Both the position numbers and the translations under genes were made by a program. The notes beneath the pieces were generated by a model. That model was not told the DNA's origin and did not search any database. It worked only from the letters and a program-made list of their open reading frames with translations. A stretch of 34,621 nt of DNA from Dehalococcoidia bacterium (GTDB lineage Bacteria > Chloroflexota > Dehalococcoidia > GIF9 > AB-539-J10): assembly GCA_004377135.1 (NCBI GenBank), contig SOHS01000176.1:1-34621 (forward strand). The letters run 5' to 3'. Each line of letters opens with the position of its first letter. Positions within the stretch are counted from its first letter, which is position 1. Positions 9,416-18,214 of the stretch are shown piece after piece.

Positions 9416-10021
9416 TTATCCCGCAGATGTCAGATATATCTTTTGTCCGGTTATATATTTTTCTACCTCAGCGGGCACCAGATAACGAATGGGCAGCCCC
9501 TGAGCTATACGCTGGCGAATTCCTGAGGAGCTAATCCCGATTACAGGCATATCAAGCTGAATAACTTTGTCCAGCAGCCCGGGTATCGATGTTTCTAAGT
9601 GCTTCAAATCTTTTGAGCCTAATCTGGGGGCAACCACTAGTCTGCATAATTGAACTAATTTCTTCGGTTCCTTCCACAAAGGCAACTCGGCTAAGGTATC
9701 ACGCCCGATGATGAAGAAAAGACTTGCTTCACTGCCTAGCTGCTTTCGCAGCATCGTCAGGGTATCCACGGTGTAAGAGGGACCGGGGCGCTCTATTTCG
9801 AGAGTGCAAATCTTAAAATGAGGGTTGTCAGCTATGGCACGGCGCACCATCTCTACCCTATGGTCTGCCGGGGTAATGTTACGGTCTGGCTTAAGCAAGG
9901 GCTGCCCAGCAGGCACGAAAAGAACCTCGTTAAATCCTAACTTTATTCTTGCTTCCTCAGCGACAACAAGGTGACCTATATGGATAGGGTCAAATGTACC
10001 ACCAAGAACGCCTATATTCAC
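9416..10021 (-). CDS. nadD: nicotinate-nucleotide adenylyltransferase
   Basis: 201 aa beginning IGVLGGTFDPIHIGH (nucleotidyltransferase HxGH motif). It lies 4 nt downstream of obg on the same strand. Confidence 0.88.
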   Translation of the reverse strand: MNIGVLGGTFDPIHIGHLVVAEEARIKLGFNEVLFVPAGQPLLKPDRNITPADHRVEMVRRAIADNPHFKICTLEIERPGPSYTVDTLTMLRKQLGSEASLFFIIGRDTLAELPLWKEPKKLVQLCRLVVAPRLGSKDLKHLETSIPGLLDKVIQLDMPVIGISSSGIRQRIAQGLPIRYLVPAEVEKYITGQKIYLTSAG

Positions 10022-10025
10022 TTCT

Positions 10026-11078
10026 TTATTTTCTCGGTTTGGGACGGAATACCGCTATTTGTGCCTGCGAAATTCTCTCTTCATCCTGACTTGCCTGGTC
10101 CACCATTTCCATAGCTTTCTTCACCAATTCTAACACAGCCTGGCCGCTAAGCGCAGAGCTGTAAAAGACAGGCACCCCAAGCCTGGCAAAGCAATGCTTC
10201 ACTTCGGGCAAACGAGCTTGAACCTCAGGCAAATCTACCTTATTTACCGCCACGATTTTTGGTTTATGTGATAAGCCTTTGTATAAGGCTATCTCTTTAT
10301 CCAACGTGCTGAGGTCATCGATAACGGTCGGCGAACTGCCATCCAATAAATAAATCAGCAGCTTGGTTCTTTCCGCATGGCGCAAAGACTCATTTCCCAA
10401 TCCTTTGCCAAGATGGGCACCTTCAACAAGGGCAGGAATCTCGGCAACAACAAAGTCTCTCCTATCGTCTGGCATAACTCCTAAAATTGGCTGGCGGGTG
10501 GTAAAGGGGTAATCGGCAATTTCGGGCTTGGCTCTCGATACCGCAGATAATAAAGTGGATTTCCCCGAGTTTGGATGACCAACAATACAAATATCGGTAA
10601 TGAGTTTTACCTCGAGGACAATATGCCGCTCTTCTCCTGATTTACCCTTGCTAGCTATCTCAGGAGCTTGATTTACCGCTGTAGCAAAACGAGCATTACC
10701 CAGCCCTCCCCGGCCCCCCTTAGCCACCAAAACCTTCTGCCCGTGAGCCCTCAAGTCTGCCAGAAGTATCTCCTCCACTGAATCAGTTTTAGTGAAAACT
10801 ATTGTGCCTACGGGCACTGAAACAAATAAATCCTCACCTTTCTTGCCTCGCTTCCGCCAACCGCTTCCCCGACAACCATTTCCAGCTACAAATTCCTTCT
10901 TTCTTCCCATTAAGCTCAAGTCAACCACATTGGGACTAGTCATAACAACCACACTCCCACCATCCCCACCATCCCCGCCATCCGGACCACCAAAAGGAAC
11001 ATACTTCTCCCTCCGAAAGCTAACACAGCCATCCCCACCACATCCACCCCCAACTATAATTTCTCTCTTATATATCAT
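10026..11078 (-). CDS. obg: GTPase Obg/CgtA
   Basis: Gly-rich Obg fold (GCVSFRREKYVPFGGPDGGDGGDGG), G1 motif GHPNSGKST and G4 motif NKVD. Confidence 0.93.
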   Translation of the reverse strand: MIYKREIIVGGGCGGDGCVSFRREKYVPFGGPDGGDGGDGGSVVVMTSPNVVDLSLMGRKKEFVAGNGCRGSGWRKRGKKGEDLFVSVPVGTIVFTKTDSVEEILLADLRAHGQKVLVAKGGRGGLGNARFATAVNQAPEIASKGKSGEERHIVLEVKLITDICIVGHPNSGKSTLLSAVSRAKPEIADYPFTTRQPILGVMPDDRRDFVVAEIPALVEGAHLGKGLGNESLRHAERTKLLIYLLDGSSPTVIDDLSTLDKEIALYKGLSHKPKIVAVNKVDLPEVQARLPEVKHCFARLGVPVFYSSALSGQAVLELVKKAMEMVDQASQDEERISQAQIAVFRPKPRK

Positions 11079-11197
11079 AAGTTAAGAACCTAACATAAGC
11101 TTAATTATATTAAATAGTTAAGTACTAATCATTATAAACAATATTGTTGCGAGGTGAGTAACCAGTGAGGGAGATCAGAGCTCAGAGGGCAGTGTGG

Positions 11198-11206
11198 GTG
11201 GGATAA
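11198..11206 (-). promoter_or_regulatory. DnaA box (TTATCCCAC, one mismatch to TTATCCACA)
   Basis: The plus strand reads GTGGGATAA. Confidence 0.55.
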
Positions 11207-11214
11207 GCAACAAG

Positions 11215-11223
11215 TTATCCACA
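11215..11223 (+). promoter_or_regulatory. DnaA box (perfect TTATCCACA)
   Basis: Exact consensus 9-mer, 8 nt from the inverted box at 11198-11206 and 15 nt from the dnaA stop codon. Confidence 0.65.
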
Positions 11224-11237
11224 AATTATTAGTAGTT

Positions 11238-12617
11238 CTACACAGTTTGGTATGCCTCTCTATAACCTTTCTGTGAATTAATTTTCTCTTTGATTTCCGC
11301 AATTTGGTTAGAGAGGTTAGGATTAATGCTCAATTCGCTAGCTATTTTCTCGTAGCCATGAAGAATTGTGGCATGGTTTCTGCCACCTAATTCTTTGCCG
11401 ATTTCGGTTAGAGAGCAGTTGTGTCCTTCGCGCATAAGATAGATGGCCACGTGTCGTGCCAATGTAGTTTTTCTATCTCTTTTCTTGTTAATTAGCTCTT
11501 CTGTTGAAAGGCTGAAATGGTCCGCTACCGCCTGTAAGAGCAACTTTATGTCTTGTCTACGGGTCGTGCCTGTTAATAACTTGTTGATTGTTTGGGGAGT
11601 GATCTTGGTTCCACTTAATTTAGCCTGGGCAGTGAGATATACCAAAGCACCTTCAAGCTGGCGGACATTCTCGCATACTTTCTCCGCTACAATGTGCAGC
11701 ACCCCCTCCAGTTCTGAGGTCATCGTTGTTTCTGCTTTAGCCCGTAAGATATTCAGGCGTGTTTCAAAGTCGGGTGGTTGTATGTCAGCGACAAGACCAC
11801 CTTCAAGGCGTGATTTTAGCTTGCTGCTAAGTGGGTGCATGTCCTTGGGAGCACGGTCAGTGGTGATGACAATTTGACGGTTATTGCTGTACAACTCGTT
11901 GAAGGTGTGGAAGAAACATTGTAAGGTTTGTTTCTTGTCGATCAGGAAGTGAACATCGTCAAATAGAAGGATATGGATACTTCTGAATTTGCTGCGGAAC
12001 TTGTCAACCTGGTTTTCTCGCACAGCTAATACAAATTCATTGGCGAATTGTTCCGCGGTAATATAGGCCGCTTGCAGTCCATTGTTTGTCGTTAAATGCC
12101 CGATAGCATGTAGTAAGTGAGTCTTACCTTGCCCGGTGCTGCTGTGAATGAAAAGAGGGTTATAACTGCTTCCTGGATTTTCAGCTACTTCTACAGCGGC
12201 AGCATAAGCTAAACGGTTAGAATCGCTGACAACAAAGTTATCAAAGGTATACCTTGGATTGAATCTATACTGTGTAGCTTTGCTGCTTGTCCCCCCATCG
12301 GTTTGATGAGCCAGAGGGCTAGCTGATAGTTGTTCGCGATTGTGGACCACGAATTGGACGTCGACATCCTGACCCATAATATCAACTAAGGTCTTCCTTA
12401 CCAGAGGATAAAGGCGCTTGGATAGCCATTCAGCAACAAAAATGTTAGGGGCACTGACGACAAATATACTATCTTGGCAACTTAGGCCCTGGCTATTGCT
12501 AAGCCATGTAGTATAATTTGCCTTGCTGACCTGAATTTGAAGCTTGCCTAGGGCTCTTTCCCAAATCTCTTTCGCTGGTTCCAATCTCTCCCCATTCCCA
12601 ACAGTACTCAGCCACAA
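11238..12617 (-). CDS. dnaA: chromosomal replication initiator protein DnaA
   Basis: AAA+ Walker A (GQGKTHLLHA), Walker B (LLFDDVHF) and domain IV HTH (RHVAIYLMRE, GGRNHATILHG). The start is uncertain: TTG at 12617 or TTG at 12584, neither with a clear Shine-Dalgarno sequence. Confidence 0.93.
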   Translation of the reverse strand: MWLSTVGNGERLEPAKEIWERALGKLQIQVSKANYTTWLSNSQGLSCQDSIFVVSAPNIFVAEWLSKRLYPLVRKTLVDIMGQDVDVQFVVHNREQLSASPLAHQTDGGTSSKATQYRFNPRYTFDNFVVSDSNRLAYAAAVEVAENPGSSYNPLFIHSSTGQGKTHLLHAIGHLTTNNGLQAAYITAEQFANEFVLAVRENQVDKFRSKFRSIHILLFDDVHFLIDKKQTLQCFFHTFNELYSNNRQIVITTDRAPKDMHPLSSKLKSRLEGGLVADIQPPDFETRLNILRAKAETTMTSELEGVLHIVAEKVCENVRQLEGALVYLTAQAKLSGTKITPQTINKLLTGTTRRQDIKLLLQAVADHFSLSTEELINKKRDRKTTLARHVAIYLMREGHNCSLTEIGKELGGRNHATILHGYEKIASELSINPNLSNQIAEIKEKINSQKGYREAYQTV

Positions 12618-12694
12618 AGATAGCTGAAAGGAGTATTAAGGCGCGGTTAAGGTTATAGAATATCAGGTTTTCTCAAACCTTCGCTAGGCAATGT

Positions 12695-12723
12695 TTGACA
12701 TAATTAAAAAAATTAATTAAAAA
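12695..12723 (+). promoter_or_regulatory. possible sigma70-type promoter for fmt
   Basis: TTGACA (12695-12700), a 17-nt A/T spacer, then TAAAAA (12718-12723), about 10 nt before the fmt start. It is embedded in an A/T run, so specificity is low. Confidence 0.35.
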
Positions 12724-12733
12724 TAGTTTTGCT

Positions 12734-13678
12734 TTGAAAGTGCGCACCGTTTTTATGGGCACTCCGCAATTTGCTGTGACCATATTGGAATCTTTGCTCC
12801 AGAGTTCCTGCCAGGTGCTTGCTGTGTATACTCAGCCCGATAAGCCGGCTGGCAGGGGGCGCCCAGTTGTTTTCCCTCCAGTGAAAAAGCTGGCTCTGGA
12901 GCGACAAATACCAGATATTCAACCCAAGACTTTTAAATCAAGCGAGGTGGTGGAGAAGCTGGCCAGCTTTCAGCCCGAGCTAATAATTGTGGCAGCCTTC
13001 GGTGCTATTCTTCCCCCAGAAGTGCTTTCCTTGCCCAAATTTGCCTGTCTTAACGTTCATCCTTCATTATTGCCACGGCACCGAGGTCCGTCTCCAGTCG
13101 CTAATACCATTCTCTGCGGAGATGAACTTACTGGTGTTACCATAATGTTAATGGACGCTGGAATGGATACCGGGCCGATTTTAGCTCAGGAGAAAGCGGG
13201 GATTTCCTTTATGAATACCACCGGCTCGCTTAGTTCGACGCTAGCTGATGTGGGAGCCAAACTTTTACTGGCGACCTTACCCAAGTGGCTTGGGAACGAA
13301 CTCAGACCACAAGCTCAAGATGAGGCTCAGGCTACTTATAGTAAATTGATAACTAGTGAAGATGCCGAGATTGATTGGCGTCTTTCCGCAGTCGAGCTCT
13401 GGCGTAGGGTAAGGGCGTACAATCCCTGGCCAATCTGCTACACTTGGTATCAGGGGAAACGACTAATAATCCATAAATCTATTCCTATTGGCGATGTAGC
13501 AGAGGGGGAGATAGGGGAAGTAGTCGCCTTACCAGAGTCACCTGGAGTTGGGGTGGTAACTGGGCAGGGTATTCTAGGGCTTTGCCAGGTTCAGTTAGAA
13601 GGAAGGCGTGAAATGTCGGCAGATAATTTTGTCCGTGGGAAAAGAGATTTTATTGGTTGCGTTCTGAGGCGAGGGTAG
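12734..13678 (+). CDS. fmt: methionyl-tRNA formyltransferase
   Basis: 314 aa with VFMGTPQFA at the N-terminus, the HPSLLPRHRGPSP motif and a C-terminal Fmt domain. Start is TTG 12734, or GTG 12740. Confidence 0.9.
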   Translation: MKVRTVFMGTPQFAVTILESLLQSSCQVLAVYTQPDKPAGRGRPVVFPPVKKLALERQIPDIQPKTFKSSEVVEKLASFQPELIIVAAFGAILPPEVLSLPKFACLNVHPSLLPRHRGPSPVANTILCGDELTGVTIMLMDAGMDTGPILAQEKAGISFMNTTGSLSSTLADVGAKLLLATLPKWLGNELRPQAQDEAQATYSKLITSEDAEIDWRLSAVELWRRVRAYNPWPICYTWYQGKRLIIHKSIPIGDVAEGEIGEVVALPESPGVGVVTGQGILGLCQVQLEGRREMSADNFVRGKRDFIGCVLRRG

Positions 13679-14094
13679 CTTCTCTGGCCAGCATTATTCT
13701 ACAGACATTTCCACACCATCTAGGATAGTAGCCAAAACAATACCCAATGCACGAATTATGTCGCCCCTGCTAAAAGTAGCGTTATTCACCTCGCCTCTGT
13801 CAACACTTCCGGCAGCAGGCTGAGGAATGCCCTGCAGGACCCAAGAGACAAAGCTTAAGAAGAGTCAGATTGATTTATGTAAATCTACCGGGAAGAAACT
13901 AAGGGTCTAGTCATTACAGGCCAGAGCCCCTCTCCCATCAAAGGAGAGAATTAATATAATGCTTTTGCACCTGCGTCTGTGACTCCTTGTCTGGGTTCTG
14001 GAGATCTACCTGTGGCGACTAGTTGGGACTTTGCCATGTTACTGATGTAAGAAGATCACCTGCCAGTCTGAGAGCAGCAACGGGCTAGAGAATC

Positions 14095-15321
14095 CTAGGC
14101 TGCTATGTAGTAGATGAATATTACGACCGCCTCTATCGCCAACAGCGGAGGCAGTATAAGCTTATATACTTTAGCAAAGCTAGCTTTGAAGTACTCGGTC
14201 GATAGTATAAGGCAAAGATGGAGAGGGGAGAGCAGAACCCCCACATATCCACTTATATAGACCAGCATAAGAGCATAGCTATTAACCTGTGAGCCGAGGG
14301 TTATGAAGGGAACCAACAACGGCAGGCTAATGCCGACAAATCCCATGCTAATGCCTGTGGCAAAGCCCATCAGGAAGGGCAGGAACGCCATGAGGACTGG
14401 GGTAGGCATTCCTATGTACTGCATGTCTGAAAAGAGGGTGTAGGCAGCCCCCGCACCTTCTATCGTTGCCTTGAATAGCATTACGGCATATAACAGGAAC
14501 AAGATTTGGAGATCGGCGCCATATTTCAGTGCAATTTTCAATTCCATCCATTTAGCTCTTTGTTGACAAGCCAACAGGGCTAGTGCTAGAGGAAAGGCTA
14601 TCACCACATCCAACCCCGCCAGGACTAGTCCCACGATTAAGAGGATCGGCCAAGAAGTCCTCAAAAGGTTATAGACTATACTTTTCTTTGAGGTTCTCTC
14701 TTTTGTTTCGTATCTCTTGTTCGGCTTAAGCATCCGGTAACTAGAGACGGTTCCGAGTGCGATGACTAAAGCCGTCATAGGTAAAAGTGTCAGTGTTACG
14801 GAAGAAAGCTGGACAGATAGTATTACGCTGGTCGTTATGATCGCTGGATATACTGGCAAGGAAGCCTCCCATATGTGTCTGAACCAGTAATTTATGAATG
14901 TGACTCGTTCCGGCGTCAGGCCCATTCTGTCCGCTAGATCCCTTAGGGCAGTAGCCGAAACTAGAGCTCCAGCGGGCATGGGAACCAGTCCTATCGTAGC
15001 AGGAACAAGGTGCATAGCAAGTCTGGGGCCAAGTCTCTCCATAGTGGCCGCTAGGCTCGTAAGCAAGCCCTTCACCTCCATGAGACGACTTAAGGCTAGC
15101 GCACTGGCAACGACTGCCAGCAGTGTCAGAGTCTGGCGGTCTACTAGGGTGTGAAACATATGCTCGGGCAGGGAGCGTGGGGGCAGGAGCAGCAACGAAA
15201 CGGTAAGACTTCCTGCGAAGATGGCCAGGCTTGGACGGACCTTCAGCCTGATCAGAATTAGAATCCCGGCGATCGATGCTAACAAAGCTACAGACGGACT
15301 CAGCATCTCAGCATGCCTCAC
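14095..15321 (-). CDS. polytopic membrane protein, DUF401-like putative transporter
   Basis: 408 aa, almost entirely hydrophobic helices (10 or more predicted by eye). The family assignment is from memory of DUF401 length and topology and is not verified. Confidence 0.6.
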   Translation of the reverse strand: MRHAEMLSPSVALLASIAGILILIRLKVRPSLAIFAGSLTVSLLLLPPRSLPEHMFHTLVDRQTLTLLAVVASALALSRLMEVKGLLTSLAATMERLGPRLAMHLVPATIGLVPMPAGALVSATALRDLADRMGLTPERVTFINYWFRHIWEASLPVYPAIITTSVILSVQLSSVTLTLLPMTALVIALGTVSSYRMLKPNKRYETKERTSKKSIVYNLLRTSWPILLIVGLVLAGLDVVIAFPLALALLACQQRAKWMELKIALKYGADLQILFLLYAVMLFKATIEGAGAAYTLFSDMQYIGMPTPVLMAFLPFLMGFATGISMGFVGISLPLLVPFITLGSQVNSYALMLVYISGYVGVLLSPLHLCLILSTEYFKASFAKVYKLILPPLLAIEAVVIFIYYIAA

Positions 15322-15492
15322 TTCTTATCAGGCGGGGACTGTTTGTTAGCACACGAGTCATGCATTGATGTTCAGAGACTTTGCTCCTTGGACAGCTGTC
15401 TGCCGCAAAAGAGTAGTCGGGACTAAGTATTTCTGGACTGGGTTGCTGCTTACAGACCACTGACTTAGCTTTTGCTGTATGCTTGATGCCAG

Positions 15493-15521
15493 ATTATAAA
15501 CCGTCGGCTTTCGAATGGCAA
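15493..15521 (-). promoter_or_regulatory. near-consensus sigma70 promoter driving the DUF401 gene
   Basis: On the minus strand: TTGCCA (15521-15516), exactly 17 nt, then TATAAT (15498-15493). This implies a 5' UTR of roughly 165 nt before ATG 15321. Confidence 0.6.
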
Positions 15522-15858
15522 AGGCGCTAAGGAGATATAGCTTCGGCGCGGGCTAGCCCGAACACAGAAACACAATGGTCAGGCGTGAAGAGCATACTGG
15601 CTCCGGCTCGCGCACACCGACAAATGATGAATAGCACGGCAAACAGGGGCACCGGCACGGTGTTACCGCTACTCTGAGTATCCACCATAACCGGGCTTGC
15701 ATACATCGTCGGGCTGATGACTCGAAGTAGCAGAGTTCATCTCCACCTTGCCTACCGATGAATGTATCGGCAAAACCCACCTTGGCTTACAGGCAGCGAT
15801 GAGCCGCGCACAGTCAGCGAAGGCTAATTAGACTGCCATGCACCTGTGAAATCGCTGC

Positions 15859-16533
15859 TCAGTCGAAACCGAGCCAGGTAGTAACGTTTTTAATAGGCTC
15901 TCGCTCAGTTTCCAGTTTGTTGGCAGGGAAATCCCAGTCAGGGTAGCCAATAGCGATGGCCACTATGATCCTCTTGGACTCAGGTATGTGGACGTATTTT
16001 CTTAACACCTCAGGGTACATCGTTCCCTGGTCTTCGATGCAGGTTTCCAGGCCGAAATGCAGGGCGGTAAGGCAGATAGTCTGTATTAAAGCGCCGATGT
16101 CGAGCAATGGCCCGCTTTCGCTCAGACAGCGGTCAGTGAAAATGATGATCACTGCTGGTGCATCGAAGTAACGAAATCCCCGCTCCAGCCATTTTGCCCT
16201 TTTCACTGTGTCCTCCCGGGGTATGTCCATAAGCTGGAAAAGCTGCTTGGCGAGGGTTACCTGGCGTTGGCGATAGATGCTCTCCCTCGGCCAGCCCGTA
16301 ACCATGTGCTCGGGGTTAGGTGGCTCTCCGGAGTTGAGTAGCTCAACGTTGCTCCGTTTTACATTCTCCAGAACATCACCAGTGAGCACGGTGAACTCCC
16401 AGGGCTGGGTGTTCATAGCGGATGGGGCATGGCTGGCCAATTCCAGTATTTGCTTTAAAACCTCTTTGGGCACAGGGTCAGGTTTGTAACCCCTGATACT
16501 CTTACGCTTTTTCACGGCTTCGATGACATCCAT
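15859..16533 (-). CDS. nitroreductase-family FMN oxidoreductase
   Basis: 224 aa beginning VIEAVKKRKSIRGYKPDPVPKEVLKQILELASHAPSAMNTQPWEF, a classic nitroreductase N-terminus. AAGGAG lies before the ATG. Confidence 0.88.
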   Translation of the reverse strand: MDVIEAVKKRKSIRGYKPDPVPKEVLKQILELASHAPSAMNTQPWEFTVLTGDVLENVKRSNVELLNSGEPPNPEHMVTGWPRESIYRQRQVTLAKQLFQLMDIPREDTVKRAKWLERGFRYFDAPAVIIIFTDRCLSESGPLLDIGALIQTICLTALHFGLETCIEDQGTMYPEVLRKYVHIPESKRIIVAIAIGYPDWDFPANKLETEREPIKNVTTWLGFD

Positions 16534-16674
16534 AGACTTACTCCTTTTCGCTAACAGTCTGGTTCCTTAAAGGGACGTAACCCGCTATTCCCCGCCTTAC
16601 CTTGTTAAGTACTTCTGGCTCGGATGCCGCTGTTGGCCCGACATCCAGGACTTGCATCTGAGACCTTTCCGCAA

Positions 16675-17934
16675 TTATGGGGCAGCGGCTATGGGTTCTG
16701 ATTCATAAATCCTTTCCTCTGCCAATTCTGCCTCACTGAGAGGAACGTCGCCTTCAACATCTCTGCCCTCGATTCCTTTCGCCAGGATTTCTTTATAGTA
16801 TTCATGCTGGATTATTAAGTTCATGATTTCGCTGCTACCGGTCCAGATCATGGCAAGTCTGGCTTCCCTGAGTGCACGTTCCACTGGGTAGACATTGGTA
16901 TACCCAATGCCGCCAAGTATCTGCATGGCATCATTCACCACTTCCCAATGTGTTTGGGTAGCCAGTTTTTTCGCCTCCGACACCAGTCTCCTTTGATAGC
17001 CTGCGGTACCTACTCCATCATCGATCGTCTTAGCCACGGCGTATGCCAGGGCACTCACAGCATCGAGCTTGGTGATGCAGTCGGCTATCCTGAAGCTCAC
17101 TCCTTCAAAATTCCGTATGGTCTGGCCGAAGGCCTTCCGTTTGTTGGCATATCGGGCGACCAATTCCAGAATAGCTCTGGAGCCAGCCACTCCGCCTGAG
17201 AGCAGCCTTTCCGGCACCATCAATTTGTAGAATACCTTTGCCCCTTCGTTTTCCTTCCCCACCAGATTCTCCTCTGGCACAGGGACATCGCGGAAGACCA
17301 ATCTACCTGTGCCAGTCCCCCGGGAGCCCATCAAGCCGTAGACATGCTTTACCTCCACGCCCATATCCCTCTCAACGATGAAGGCGCTGAGTGAGTCACG
17401 GCCGGCGCCGGGGTTGGTGACGGCGAATACCAAGAAGAAATCGGCGCCCTCAGAACCAACGACAAAGCGCTTCTGTCCAGTAAGGTAATAGTGATTTCCT
17501 TTCTTTCTAGCCACAGTGGTGGCGCCGAAGAAATCAGAACCGCCTCTTGGCTCGGTGAGTGCTTCGCCAGCCCATTGTGTACCGGCGATTAATGGTTTAA
17601 GGTACTTCTCCTTTTGAGCCTCGGTCCCAAATACATTTAGACCTTCTCCAACGATGGAGGTAACTGAGACGAGACAGGTGAAAGGTACCCCGAGCTTCAT
17701 GACCTCCCCTACCTCGATGAGTTCGTCAACCCATTTCAGGTCTCTGCCGCCGTATTTCTTGGGAAACCTGATACCCAATAGCTTTCTCTTACCAGCTTCC
17801 CTGACAAATTCGTGGGGGAACTCGATTTTATCGGCATCCATGTCCAGTATAAGCTGCCGTGGTATGCTCTTGACCAGCTCCTGAACCTCGTGTCTGAACT
17901 TTTTGTGCTCTTCAGTTAAAAATACCTCTAACAT
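16675..17934 (-). CDS. acyl-CoA dehydrogenase family protein
   Basis: 419 aa with ACAD N, middle and C domains (ALTEPRGGSDF, GGIGYT, TGSSEI). The MCAD-type YEG Glu position reads WTG, and a Glu sits in PERLL, apparently the isovaleryl-CoA-dehydrogenase-type base position. AAAGGAGGAAG lies before the ATG. Confidence 0.8.
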   Translation of the reverse strand: MLEVFLTEEHKKFRHEVQELVKSIPRQLILDMDADKIEFPHEFVREAGKRKLLGIRFPKKYGGRDLKWVDELIEVGEVMKLGVPFTCLVSVTSIVGEGLNVFGTEAQKEKYLKPLIAGTQWAGEALTEPRGGSDFFGATTVARKKGNHYYLTGQKRFVVGSEGADFFLVFAVTNPGAGRDSLSAFIVERDMGVEVKHVYGLMGSRGTGTGRLVFRDVPVPEENLVGKENEGAKVFYKLMVPERLLSGGVAGSRAILELVARYANKRKAFGQTIRNFEGVSFRIADCITKLDAVSALAYAVAKTIDDGVGTAGYQRRLVSEAKKLATQTHWEVVNDAMQILGGIGYTNVYPVERALREARLAMIWTGSSEIMNLIIQHEYYKEILAKGIEGRDVEGDVPLSEAELAEERIYESEPIAAAP

Positions 17935-18214
17935 TGCTTCCTCCTTTAGCTTTAATAGGCGGGTGTTACAACTCCCGACTAACCGGCACAGTCATAGTCT
18001 AGTTTTCCAGAATCCTAACCACTAGTATAGCACGTGTCAAATTGTCTAAAAAAGGCAGCGTGTGACGATGGAGGTGAAGGTTATTATAATTCAGTCCAGC
18101 TTTAGGTCAGCGAGAACCGTGATTGAGGCTAAAACAGCAGTCGTCGAGACCACCTTGTAGAGCTGGTGAAGATTGAGCTTGCTGTAGAATAAGGAGAGAC
18201 TAGGTTAAGTCTGG

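Larger units (their letters stand above)
11079..11237. other. candidate oriC segment (AT-rich tract plus DnaA boxes) between obg start and dnaA stop
   Basis: 11100-11150 is almost pure A/T (TTAATTATATTAAATAGTTAAGTACTAATCATTATAAACAATATT). It is followed by two facing DnaA boxes and one weak box (TTATAAACA, 11132-11140). Confidence 0.5.

Noticed and set aside
10792-11085. 97-aa plus-strand ORF with PPSPPSPPSGPP repeats
   Set aside because: The proline/serine repeats are simply the antisense reading of the Gly-rich GGDGGDGG Obg fold.
11443-11877. 144-aa plus-strand ORF inside dnaA
   Set aside because: It is antisense to the AAA+ and domain IV regions of dnaA and has no independent support.
15322-15486. 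Possible cobalamin (or fluoride) riboswitch in the DUF401 leader
   Set aside because: AAGTCAGTGGTCTG loosely resembles part of a B12 box, and CCGCCTGATAAG resembles the fluoride-motif 3' end. The other conserved segments (GCCACTG core, GGTGNNAANNCC; GGNGATGG) are absent. This would need a covariance-model search to revisit.
15553-15780. 75-aa Cys-rich minus-strand ORF in the 537-bp gap
   Set aside because: It has no Shine-Dalgarno sequence, lies upstream of the mapped promoter-like element, and has a random-looking composition (CRCPCLPCYSS). The region is treated as non-coding but flagged as unexplained.
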